From assembly GCA_044892505.1 (NCBI GenBank), contig CM097883.1:325872001-325936000 (forward strand): a stretch of DNA of 64,000 nucleotides, in the 5' to 3' direction. The notes beneath the pieces are model-generated. The model had not been told where the DNA came from. It was given only the letters and a program-made list of their open reading frames with translations, and did not search any database. Source of the stretch: Schmidtea nova. Taxonomy: Eukaryota. A program made the position numbers and the translations under genes. Shown in pieces: positions 54,373 through 64,000 of the stretch (positions within the stretch are counted from its first letter, which is position 1; each line of letters begins with the position of its first letter).

Positions 54373-57148
54373 AACTTTGATGCCATCTCTTCAGCCATTC
54401 TATCCGTCTCGGTCGTCTAGCATCCGGAAATTGTAGCTCGACCTGGTGTTCCGACAAAAATCTAACAATCTTATATGGTCCATCGTATTGTATGTCATTC
54501 TTATTCCTTCTGTGTGGCTCCCGTCGAACCAATACTTCCTCCCCCACTTCAAAAGAACGTTTACCTCTTCGATCTTTTTCTAAAATTCTCATTCTATCTG
54601 CCGCTAGCTTAGCATTCTGAACCACTTTCTCGTCAACTCTTTGGCCTTTGATCTCCGATCCTTGTCCATTGTCATGAAGTGACACTTTCCGTCCATACAC
54701 AATCTCAAATGGAGAATATTTAGTTGCGCTTTGAAACGTCGCATTGATGCTGAATTCCACCCTTGGAAGTATCTCGCACCATTCATATCGCCTGTTGTTA
54801 CTAAGAATTGAAGTCACCAGTAGATCTCTCATCGTGCGAATTACTCTTTCTACCAATCCATTTGATTGATGTTGATATGGTGCTGAGAATTCTTGACGAA
54901 TCCCTAAAACTTCGAATTTCTCTTTCATATATCTGCCTTCAAAATTTTTTCCTCTGTCTGAAAGAATACTTTCTGGCTTTCCATATTTATAAATCCAATT
55001 ATGAAGTATAATCCGGAATATCGTCATTTCGTCTTGCTTCTCTGTCGCAGTTAGGCATACTAATTTACTGAACCGATCTATTATGACAATCACATATCTC
55101 TTTCCGGACCTTGTCTTTTCCATGTGTGCTACATCAACTACGATTTGTTCCAGAAACCCGTTACTTCCGCGTGGAATAAAAAGTTCTTTCGTTCTTCCTT
55201 GATCTATTTTCCTTCTCGCACATATACTACATTCTTTTACAACGTGTCTTACTGTTTCACACATCTTTGGCCAGAAAAAACTATTTTCCATGTAATGAAA
55301 GACTTTTTTTCCCCCCACATGACATAATTCTTCATGAATCTTCTTAACCAGTTGTTTTTGATGGCTCTCTGGAACTGCTACTAAATCATTGGATTCTCTC
55401 TCTACGGTAATTAAGTCATCGTTGATCTTCAATCTGTCTTTGTGAGCATATAGGAAAGATTTCTTGAAAAAATCTTCTTCCTCATTCAAAAATTCATTGA
55501 TATAATTCCATGCTCCTTGAAACCCTTTGTCCTTCTTTTGTTCTTCCATAATTTTCATCATGGTGCCAGTTTTTTGTATCGAATTAATATATCGTACCCT
55601 AGCTCTCTCCTTCTTCGGCTCTTCGTGTTGTGTTTGACATTGTGCGCACAACATTCCTCCAATTCTCGACAATCCATCGGCATTCCCATGTTCTACTCCT
55701 TTCCGATACTGCAATTTAAAATTATATTCTGATAAGTTCACCATCCATGTTTGGAATTGTGGACTTATCGCTTTCTTTGTCGTATTCATAAATACCAGCG
55801 CCTTGTGGTCGGTTCTCGCTATGAACTCCTTCCCATATAAGTATTGACGAAAATAAGTAACAAACTCATGTAATGCCAGCAATTCCTTTCTGGTCACACA
55901 ATACCCTTTTTCGTGTGCTGTGAGATGTCTCGACCCATACGCAATTACTACTTCTTTACCTTCCTCTGTGATTTGACTCAGAACGGCACCTACCGCTTCA
56001 AAACAAGCATCCGTATCTAAGACAAATACCCTGTCCATCCTAGGATAATCCAGTACAGGTGTTTTCATCAGGGCTTCTTTTAAATTCTCGAAACTTGTTT
56101 CACATTTTTGAGACCATTGTAAGGTCTTATCACACCCCGTTGTTGCTGCATATAGTGGTGCTGCCAAACGCGCATAATCTTTGACAAATCTTCGATAGTA
56201 ATTCGTCAGTCCCAAAAATGAGCGCAGTTGTTTCGCACATTTTGGTCTTGTAGCCTCCCTAATCACCCGTATCTTTTCTTCGTTAGTTTGAATCCCGAAC
56301 TCACTCACGGTATGCCCTAAAAATATTAACTTATCTTTGTAGATCTTACATTTCTCCGAATTTATCTTCACGCCAGTACTTCTGATTCTTTCAAAAACTT
56401 CTTTTAGCCGGCTGTCATGTTCCGATTTATTCTTCCCGTATATGAGGATGTCATCTAAATATACCACCGCCCCATTAAAAAGAATACCTTCTAACATAGT
56501 GTTCATGAATCTCTGAAATGTAGCTGGAGCTGTTTTCAATCCGAACGGTAATCGCTCAAAACAGAACTGCCCGCTTTTCGTACTAAACGCGGTTTTCTCC
56601 TGTGACTCTGCTGCCAATGCCACTTGATAATATGCTTGACCCAGATCCAATGATGAGAAAAACTTCGCTCCGGCCAAGTAATCCAGTAGCTGTGTGATAT
56701 TCGGCATCGGAAAAGATTCCTTCTCTGTCAGACTATTTAGACTCCGATAATCCGCACACATTCTGATCGATCTGTCTTTCTTTCCTACTATGACTAATAG
56801 TGCGTTCCATGGACTCTGACATCGCCTGATCACCCTTGCTTCTACTAACTTTTGTATTAAGTCATCTACCTTCCGTTCCAGATACATCGGTTGTCGTCGT
56901 GGATATTGCATCACAGGATTACCAGTCGTTTTAATTTTATGTACTACCGTCGTGGTATATCCTAAATCGAATTTGGTTGCCATAAATATTGAAGCAAAAT
57001 CCGTGATTAATTTCTCGAGCTCGGTATTTTCCTCTTTCAGCAAGTCTGTTTTCGCTTTTAATAGTCGGTCTTTGTCGTTGATGTTTGTCTTGATCTCATT
57101 GTCTTCAATACTTTTCACTTCCACCAGTTGTATGCCGAACGCTTTCAT
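54371..57148 (-). CDS. pol: Element B Pol, uninterrupted RT-RNase H-integrase part (925 codons)
   Basis: RT LDLGQAYYQ, PFGL and YLDD. RNase H TDAC..KELLA..TDH..NADGLSR. Integrase HEELCH..CSIC, VDV, SDRG and VER. Confidence 0.9.
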   Translation of the reverse strand: MKAFGIQLVEVKSIEDNEIKTNINDKDRLLKAKTDLLKEENTELEKLITDFASIFMATKFDLGYTTTVVHKIKTTGNPVMQYPRRQPMYLERKVDDLIQKLVEARVIRRCQSPWNALLVIVGKKDRSIRMCADYRSLNSLTEKESFPMPNITQLLDYLAGAKFFSSLDLGQAYYQVALAAESQEKTAFSTKSGQFCFERLPFGLKTAPATFQRFMNTMLEGILFNGAVVYLDDILIYGKNKSEHDSRLKEVFERIRSTGVKINSEKCKIYKDKLIFLGHTVSEFGIQTNEEKIRVIREATRPKCAKQLRSFLGLTNYYRRFVKDYARLAAPLYAATTGCDKTLQWSQKCETSFENLKEALMKTPVLDYPRMDRVFVLDTDACFEAVGAVLSQITEEGKEVVIAYGSRHLTAHEKGYCVTRKELLALHEFVTYFRQYLYGKEFIARTDHKALVFMNTTKKAISPQFQTWMVNLSEYNFKLQYRKGVEHGNADGLSRIGGMLCAQCQTQHEEPKKERARVRYINSIQKTGTMMKIMEEQKKDKGFQGAWNYINEFLNEEEDFFKKSFLYAHKDRLKINDDLITVERESNDLVAVPESHQKQLVKKIHEELCHVGGKKVFHYMENSFFWPKMCETVRHVVKECSICARRKIDQGRTKELFIPRGSNGFLEQIVVDVAHMEKTRSGKRYVIVIIDRFSKLVCLTATEKQDEMTIFRIILHNWIYKYGKPESILSDRGKNFEGRYMKEKFEVLGIRQEFSAPYQHQSNGLVERVIRTMRDLLVTSILSNNRRYEWCEILPRVEFSINATFQSATKYSPFEIVYGRKVSLHDNGQGSEIKGQRVDEKVVQNAKLAADRMRILEKDRRGKRSFEVGEEVLVRREPHRRNKNDIQYDGPYKIVRFLSEHQVELQFPDARRPRRIEWLKRWHQS

Positions 57149-57445
57149 TGTATCTACTCAACCAATAAATCCTGGTCGAATATCCCTCATAACAACAATA
57201 CATATGTTCCTCTGTTTTTGGTTCCATTTCGCCTCTACCATCGTACGTCACAGTGGTCTTTTACTTCCTGGAAAAACGCCACAAATCGTCAAATCGCTTG
57301 CATCTAACCTCGGTTTTTCGATGTTTATCCATGTTTCTTCATTCATCACTGATATTGATGCCCCCGAATCCCATAACATTTCTACTTCAACCGTATTAAT
57401 AACCATCTTACTCCATTCTCTTCCATCGCTCGTCTGATACTTCAT
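57149..57445 (-). pseudogene. pol: Element B protease region with two in-frame TGA stops
   Basis: LWDSGAS motif, in the same frame as the RT ORF, with TGA at 57250-57248 and 57160-57158. Confidence 0.88.
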
Positions 57446-57486
57446 GCTTCTTCTCCTGTCATTTCGATTTTCTTCATTTATATCTG

Positions 57487-57532
57487 CGATCCCATTGACG
57501 AAATGTGTGCGATGGGATCGTTGGCATTTTTT
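57487..57532 (-). promoter_or_regulatory. Element B -1 programmed ribosomal frameshift signal
   Basis: A_AAA_AAT heptamer in the gag frame (57532-57526), a 5-nt spacer, then a 9-bp stem CGATCCCAT/ATGGGATCG. The -1 frame is open into the protease. Confidence 0.82.
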
Positions 57533-58635
57533 CTTACTTCTACTTCATGTGGTTGGCACTCACTTCCGTATTCATCTCTAAAATCATAACTATTTATCTG
57601 CTGATCCTCCATTTCTTCGTGTATACATGATATCTTCTTGACGTTGGTGTTGTAACCTCGTCGTTCATTCAGAAGGTTACAATTTCTAAAATTGTGTCCG
57701 TTCTTCCCGCAAATCAAACATTTATCCTTTAAAGGGCATTCAAAACGCCTATGTCCTTCTTCTCCGCAACAAAAACATTGACCTGATTTGAGTTCGCATG
57801 GCCTTGGTTCTGGTAACCCCATATGTCTGTTGTATAACCGTTTGGCTATATGTTTCAGAGATACAGTTGGCATCTTCTTTTCACCCGTCTGCTGTCCTTT
57901 CCATCTTTGGGACTCTGGTTGTTCATATCTTCCGTATTCTACTTTGTTTTCGAAACTTCTGGGTTCTTTCCGTATATATGGTCTTTGCTTTCCTCTCTCC
58001 AATTCCTCTCGATTTCTTAGACCCTCTTTGAATTTTTCCGCATATGACATTGGTTTCACTGCCAAAATTTCTTCAGATCTGTCCTCTGTTTTCTCATAAA
58101 TTTTTGCTAAATCATTTCTCTCTTTGTGATCCATCTTAGGTTTCGTCGTAAGTACCTCTTTTAATCTTTTATCTCTCACTCTGTGCATAATAATCTCACT
58201 TACGATTTCTTCCTTTGACAATCCTGAATATAAAACTTCTTCCACGATTTTGAGAACTCGAATCTCGAAAGTAGCAAAACGTTCGTTGTCATCTTGTCTG
58301 ATAGTTGAAAGATCCTTGATTTTATCTAATATTGACTTTTATATAGTGAATGTTTCTATAAACCATTCTCTAGCATCATCCTATGATGTGTCTTCGGTTT
58401 TGAAATTCTTCCACAAGATTGACGCTTCTTCCGATAACAACAAATCAAAAGCTTACGTCCGTTTTAGATCATTTCTTATAATCCACTCATCGATCGCTTT
58501 AATCCATTTTTCTGCTTCCTTAGCGCATCTTCCATCGTATCTACGAATTTCAACGTCTAAGATTTCTTGAGCCTTCTTTGGTAAAACATCTCTTGCTGAT
58601 TTCTTATCTTGGCTACGTGTTTTAACTGCGTTAAT

Positions 58636-58651
58636 TTCGGCGTGGTCGCCA
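58636..58651 (-). promoter_or_regulatory. Element B canonical PBS TGGCGACCACGCCGAA (tRNA-Arg type)
   Basis: Starts with TGG, sharing its T with the last LTR base. TGGCGACC is complementary to the GGTCG-CCA 3' end of tRNA-Arg. Confidence 0.8.
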
Positions 58652-58693
58652 GTAACTATCTTAATATCTGACATCAAAAATAAACAATTTAAC
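58651..58693 (-). repeat. Element B 5' LTR remnant (PBS-proximal 43 of 130 bp)
   Basis: Identical to 54232-54274, then joins host spacer sequence at an AAC microhomology. Confidence 0.9.
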
Positions 58694-59379
58694 TTTGTTA
58701 TTGGCTTTGTTGATGTTTTGGAAACATCTGTATTTCGTATTATGACTTTCGAAAAATACAAATAAAATTCCCTAACTTTTCAATAGAAAGAATGATAACT
58801 GACATCATAGTTGATTAATAAATGTTTATAAATAATTGCCACTTAAATTTAGAAATTTATTCAATTGCATGAAAATCTAGTTTTGGGATAAATGTCTAAT
58901 GATTTGTAAACTAATTGAATAGTTCTTGACTTATTTATTTACTCACATCGATAGATAATATTTTATTGGTCAAATTTTAAAATAAATTTCACTAATCCTT
59001 GTTTTTAAAAATGAAAACTTTAATTAATGTAAAATCAAGAACATTGTATTTATTTTAATTTTAGTCCTATTTAGAATGGGTGTAACAAATTTATGATTAT
59101 AGAACTTTTCGTAAATTTTGAATTTTCATTTGAACTTTATTTCACTCTACATAAATCTCAATAGACCATGTCGTTGGTTGGCTGAAATAGTTGCTTTTAT
59201 ATTTACATTGCGATTTGCTTTACATAAGCGATTGTATAAATAAAATATTTTTCAAAGTTTTCTAAACAACATAAATAAAATATTTACTATATGTGAGACA
59301 AATAAACAAACACTTTTAAAATGTCTATAAAACCATCTATAATTAAAATTAGAAAAGTAATTACAGTTTAAGAAAGAAA

Positions 59380-60208
59380 ATGAGAAATTCTGTACTATTT
59401 GGTATAATGATAAGTGTCGTTATAGCAGTTATCCAGTGTGACGTGACTCCTGACCAACAACAACAATTGATTGATGTTCACAATAAATACCGTCGAGATG
59501 TTGCTCAGGGTAAAATCAGTGGACAACCAGCTGCTGCAAATATGTTGGAATTGGTACGCGATTTCTATCTTATTTCTAAATTCAATAGTTTCTGGCATGT
59601 TTAAACAATCATTGATGTTTCGTTTCAGAAATGGAACGATGAAGCTGCACAAAGAGCTCAAATCTCGGCTGATCGTTGCGTTTTCGAACATGATAAATCG
59701 AGAAATCGTAGATTCGGAAGTTATGATTGGGTTGGTCAAAATATTGCATACTGGTCAAGCGATGATGTGACAGAGTGAGAAATCAAGCAAATGATAGTTT
59801 TATTGTTTTCATTTGAATTTTAGCGGTGTCAAGATGTGGTTCGACGAAGTAAAAGATTACACATTCAATGGAGATAGATGTACCGGATTTACATGCTTAC
59901 ATTACACAGCTGTAATTTATAATTCCATTTCCAACTGAAATTTATGGCAATTTTGTTCTAGTTAATCTGGGCTAAAACCAAAGAATTCGGATGTGGCATT
60001 GCAGACTGTTCACGACAAAACTTAGGAAATATCTTCATCGTATGTAATTACGGACCCGGGTAAAGAATTAGATTTTTCGTTGTCGAATATGACTGAAATG
60101 TGTTTTGTTTTCAGTGGAAATTGGAACAATGAAGCCCCTTATCAAGTTGGTCAAACCTGTTCTAGATGTCCAAATGGAACCCGATGCAACAATGGACTAT
60201 GCAGTTAA
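59380..60208 (+). CDS. CAP/VAL protein, copy 18 (upstream spacer carries both LTR elements)
   Basis: Same 5-exon structure; 686 bp of proximal upstream spacer (58694-59379) is retained. Confidence 0.95.
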
Positions 60209-62293
60209 AACCGAACCAATAAATAATTTTTTGAAAATCTTATTAAATACAATTTAAACAAATTTATTCTTATTGTTTTAATTAAATTAAAATAAATTAA
60301 TAAATTATATAAACATATATTTCTGAAACAGAGACAAACATATAACGTTCTTTAAAAGAATTTCTCTGAAAAACATACAGATTTTGATAATTCTCAAATA
60401 TATCACCCTCGTGTACTTTAGGAACCACTTCTTGGCTCGACAATCACGAAAGATTTATTAGAACCTTTACCGTTTTCAATAATTACTTTAAACAAAAAAA
60501 CTTTATAACTTTTGAAAAATATAACTAGTTTGTCAAAAGTCAACGTTTCACAACTTTGATTCATCTCAACATTCTACATCAGAGAATAAAATAATAAAAT
60601 AGTCAAAAAATAGTGAAACATTAAAAAACTTTTAAAGAATGAGATTATTCGACACCATGAAAGTAAAATATGATTTTTACAATTAATTTAAATTCAAATA
60701 CCAAAAATATATTACATGTGATAATGAAACTCAATTTCGTTTTTAAAGAATTACCTAAAACAACAATAAATTCTACTTTATCTTTCATCGAAACGTCATA
60801 GTTGCCCAAAACAAGTACAGTCTCAGACCCGGGTTATCGTTATTAAATGGTCCTAGAAAAACACAATGAAATGAAAAATAACATTATACAAACCAATTCA
60901 ATATATTGGTAACATACCACCTGTTTTGATTATTACTTTATTTTGTTGAAAAAAGATAAAATAATGTGAAAATAATTTTATAAAAACAGTACAGCAAAGC
61001 TACGCGAAGTTGGAGTGGTGTATGATTATACTGGTGGACTAGAGTTAGAGCGAAACAAAGTTGTCCAGGACAAAGTCAACCGAGTGTGATTGTATTTCAT
61101 AAACATGGTATTGAAATTAAAACCGCTTGTTGTAAAGGAATTATTAAATTAGATGTGAACGAATATAATTCTGCTAGATAAAAGAAATACAGCTGACAAA
61201 CTTTTAGAGAATTTTGTTTGTTACATAAGCTAAATGGTTGAACGACATTTGATTGGATAAAATTTAAAATCTTCTATACGCTTTGAGTGATATTTTGTCA
61301 CATTGTCGGCAGAATAATGAACTAAAGTCATATAAACCATTATCTAAACTTTTGAATTATCAGCTTTAAAAATATTTAATTTAAAGTCATCATTCTTTAT
61401 TAATTGTACTAATTTAAAATATCAAACAATAAAAATTAAATTAATTTCCAAAGAAATGTCTTTAATTTCTTACTTTACTATTTTGTCTAATTTTTCAGAA
61501 ATCTTAACACAAGCTATTTTAATATTTCAAGAATTTGTTTTAATATTACAATGTTTGTAACATTTACAAATTAATTATAAAATAAAAGATTATAAAGTAT
61601 TGAAAACTTTGTTATTGGCTTTGTTGATGTTTTGGAAACATCTGTATTTCGTATTATGACTTTCGAAAAATACAAATAAAATTCCCTAACTTTTCAATAG
61701 AAAGAATGATAACTGACATCATAGTTGATTAATAAATGTTTATAAATAATTGCCACTTAAATTTAGAAATTTATTCAATTGCATGAAAAACTAGTTTTGG
61801 GATAAATGTCTAATGATTTGTAAACTAATTGAATAGTTCTTGACTTATTTATTTACTCACATCGATAGATAATATTTTATTGGTCAAATTTTAAAATAAA
61901 TTTCACTAATCCTTGTTTTTAAAAATGAAAACTTTAATTAATGTAAAATCAAGAACATTGTATTTATTTTAATTTTAGTCTTATTTAGAATGGGTGTAAC
62001 AAATTTATGATTATAGAACTTTTCGTAAATTTTGAATTTTCATTTGAACTTTATTTCACTCTACATAAATCTCAATAGACCATGTCGTTGGTTGGCTGAA
62101 ATAGTTGCTTTTATATTTACATTGCGATTTGCTTTACATAAGCGATTGTATAAATAAAATATTTTTCAAAGTTTTCTAAACAACATAAATAAAATATTTA
62201 CTATATGTGAGACAAATAAACAAACACTTTTAAAATGTCTATAAAACCATCTATAATTAAAATAAGAAAAGTAATTACAGCTTAAGAAAGAAA

Positions 62294-63122
62294 ATGAGAA
62301 ATTCTGTACTATTTGGTATAATGATAAGTGTCGTTATAGCAGTTATCCAGTGTGACGTGACTCCTGACCAACAACAACAATTGATTGATGTTCACAATAA
62401 ATACCGTCGAGATGTTGCTCAGGGTAAAATCAGTGGACAACCAGCTGCTGCAAATATGTTGGAATTGGTACGCGATTTCTATCTTATTTCTAAATTCAAT
62501 AGTTTCTGGCATGTTTAAACAATCATTGATGTTTCGTTTCAGAAATGGAACGATGAAGCTGCACAAAGAGCTCAAATCTCGGCTGATCGTTGCGTTTTCG
62601 AACATGATAAATCGAGAAATCGTAGATTCGGAAGTTATGATTGGGTTGGTCAAAATATTGCATACTGGTCAAGCGATGATGTGACAGAGTGAGAAATCAA
62701 GCAAATGATAGTTTTATTGTTTTCATTTGAATTTTAGCGGTGTCAAGATGTGGTTCGACGAAGTAAAAGATTACACATTCAATGGAGATAGATGTACCGG
62801 ATTTACATGCTTACATTACACAGCTGTAATTTATAATTCCATTTCCAACTGAAATTTATGGCAATTTTGTTCTAGTTAATCTGGGCTAAAACCAAAGAAT
62901 TCGGATGTGGCATTGCAGACTGTTCACGACAAAACTTAGGAAATATCTTCATCGTATGTAATTACGGACCCGGGTAAAGAATTAGATTTTTCGTTGTCGA
63001 ATATGACTGAAATGTGTTTTGTTTTCAGTGGAAATTGGAACAATGAAACCCCTTATCAAGTTGGTCAAACCTGTTCTAGATGTCCAAATGGAACCCGATG
63101 CAACAATGGACTATGCAGTTAA
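62294..63122 (+). CDS. CAP/VAL protein, copy 19 (A176T)
   Basis: Same structure; GCC>ACC at 63048. Confidence 0.95.
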
Positions 63123-64000
63123 AACCGAACCAATAAATAATTTTTTGAAAATCTTATTAAATACAATTTAAACAAATTTATTCTTATTGTTTTAATTAAA
63201 TTAAAATAAACCAATAAATTATATAAACATATATTTCTGAAACAGAGACAAACATATAACGTTCTTTAAAAGAATTTCTCTGAAAAACATACAGATTTTG
63301 ATAATTCTCAAATATATCACCCTCGTGTACTTTAGGAACCACTTCTTGGCTCGACAGTCACGAAAGATTTATTAGAACCTTTGCCGTTTTCAATAATTAC
63401 TTTAAACAAAAAAACTTTATAACTTTTGAAAAATATAACTAGTTTGTCAAAAGTCAACGTTTCACAACTTTGATTCATCTCAACATTCTACATCAGAGAA
63501 TAAAATAATAAAATAGTCAAAAAATAGTGAAACATTAAAAAACTTTTAAAGAATGAGATTATTCGACACCATGAAAGTAAAATATGATTTTTACAATTAA
63601 TTTAAATTCAAATACCAAAAATATATTACATGTGATAATGAAACTCAATTTCGTTTTTAAAGAATTACCTAAAACAACAATAAATTCTACTTTATCTTTC
63701 ATCGAAACGTCATAGTTGCCCAAAACAAGTACAGTCTCAGACCCGGGTTATCGTTATTAAATGGTCCTAGAAAAACACAATGAAATGAAAAATAACATTA
63801 TACAAACCAATTCAATATATTGGTAACATACCACCTGTTTTGATTATTACTTTATTTTGTTGAAAAAAGATAAAATAATGTGAAAATAATTTTATAAAAA
63901 CAGTACAGCAAAGCTACGCGAAGTTGGAGTGGTGTATGATTATACTGGTGGACTAGAGTTAGAGCGAAACAAAGTTGTCCAGGACAAAGTCAACCGAGTG

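Larger units (their letters stand above)
57478..58674 (-). pseudogene. gag: Element B Gag with three in-frame stops
   Basis: One frame of 399 codons from ATG 58674, with stops at 58455-58453 (TAA), 58383-58381 (TAG) and 58341-58339 (TAA). Two CCHC knuckles, CFCCGEEGHRRFEC and CLICGKNGHNFRNC. Confidence 0.88.
54232..58693 (-). mobile_element. Element B: defective Ty3/gypsy LTR retrotransposon (4462 bp remaining; 5' LTR truncated)
   Basis: A 130-bp LTR with AGTAA..TTACT ends, a 43-bp identical remnant at 58651-58693, PBS, PPT, and gag/pol with in-frame stops. Arithmetic between the ATGs of copies 17 and 18 (10870 = 2914 + 3572 + 4462 - 78) confirms that 78 bp of host spacer are missing. Confidence 0.95.
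1..64000 (+). repeat. Head-to-tail tandem array of a 2914-bp gene-containing unit (19 complete units plus a partial one; interrupted by two LTR elements)
   Basis: The marker CCCTCGTGTACTTTAGG recurs at 1, 2915, 5829, 8743, 11657, 14571, 17485, 20399, 23313, 26227, 29141, 32055, 34969, 37882, 40796, 43710, 46623, 49536, 60406 and 63320. The ORF track repeats every 2914/2913 bp. Confidence 0.99.

Noticed and set aside
57148-58455. Alternative genetic code or readthrough explaining element B's stops
   Set aside because: All three stop types occur internally, while TAA and TGA terminate neighbouring ORFs normally. Nonsense mutation is simpler.
49736-58570. Short plus-strand and alternative-frame ORFs inside the two elements, as possible env or accessory genes
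   Set aside because: They are antisense or shifted shadows of gag/pol, mostly with non-ATG starts. There is no space for env, as pol abuts the PPT or 3' LTR in both elements.
58453-58761. 102-aa ORF as an independent gene
   Set aside because: A chimera of host spacer, LTR remnant and the 5' part of element B gag, ending at a premature stop.
1-64000. CRISPR array, rDNA or prokaryotic system
   Set aside because: No short repeat-spacer structure and no rRNA-like sequence. The unit holds a spliceosomal-intron gene.

Overview
AT-rich eukaryotic DNA with short (49-75 nt) GT-AG introns. This fits an invertebrate such as a planarian, but the organism cannot be fixed from sequence alone. The window lies inside a head-to-tail array of a 2914-bp unit (2913 bp in three units) that runs off both ends. 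Each unit carries one 5-exon gene for a 199-aa secreted CAP/SCP/TAPS (venom-allergen-like) protein. The 19 complete copies all appear intact and near-identical, and their SNP patterns record unequal crossing-over. The spacer of unit 18 holds two unrelated, very compact Ty3/gypsy-type LTR retrotransposons on the minus strand. Element A (49595-53161, 3567 bp) is intact, with identical 109-bp TG..CA LTRs, an AGAAC target-site duplication and a -1 frameshift signal. Its primer-binding site is complementary to nucleotides 1-12 at the 5' END of tRNA-Lys(UUU) rather than to a tRNA 3' CCA end. This points to a non-canonical priming mechanism and is the most unusual signal in the window. Element B (54232-58693) has AGT..ACT LTRs, a canonical tRNA-Arg-type PBS, five in-frame stops confined to gag/protease, and a truncated 5' LTR with loss of 78 bp of host spacer.
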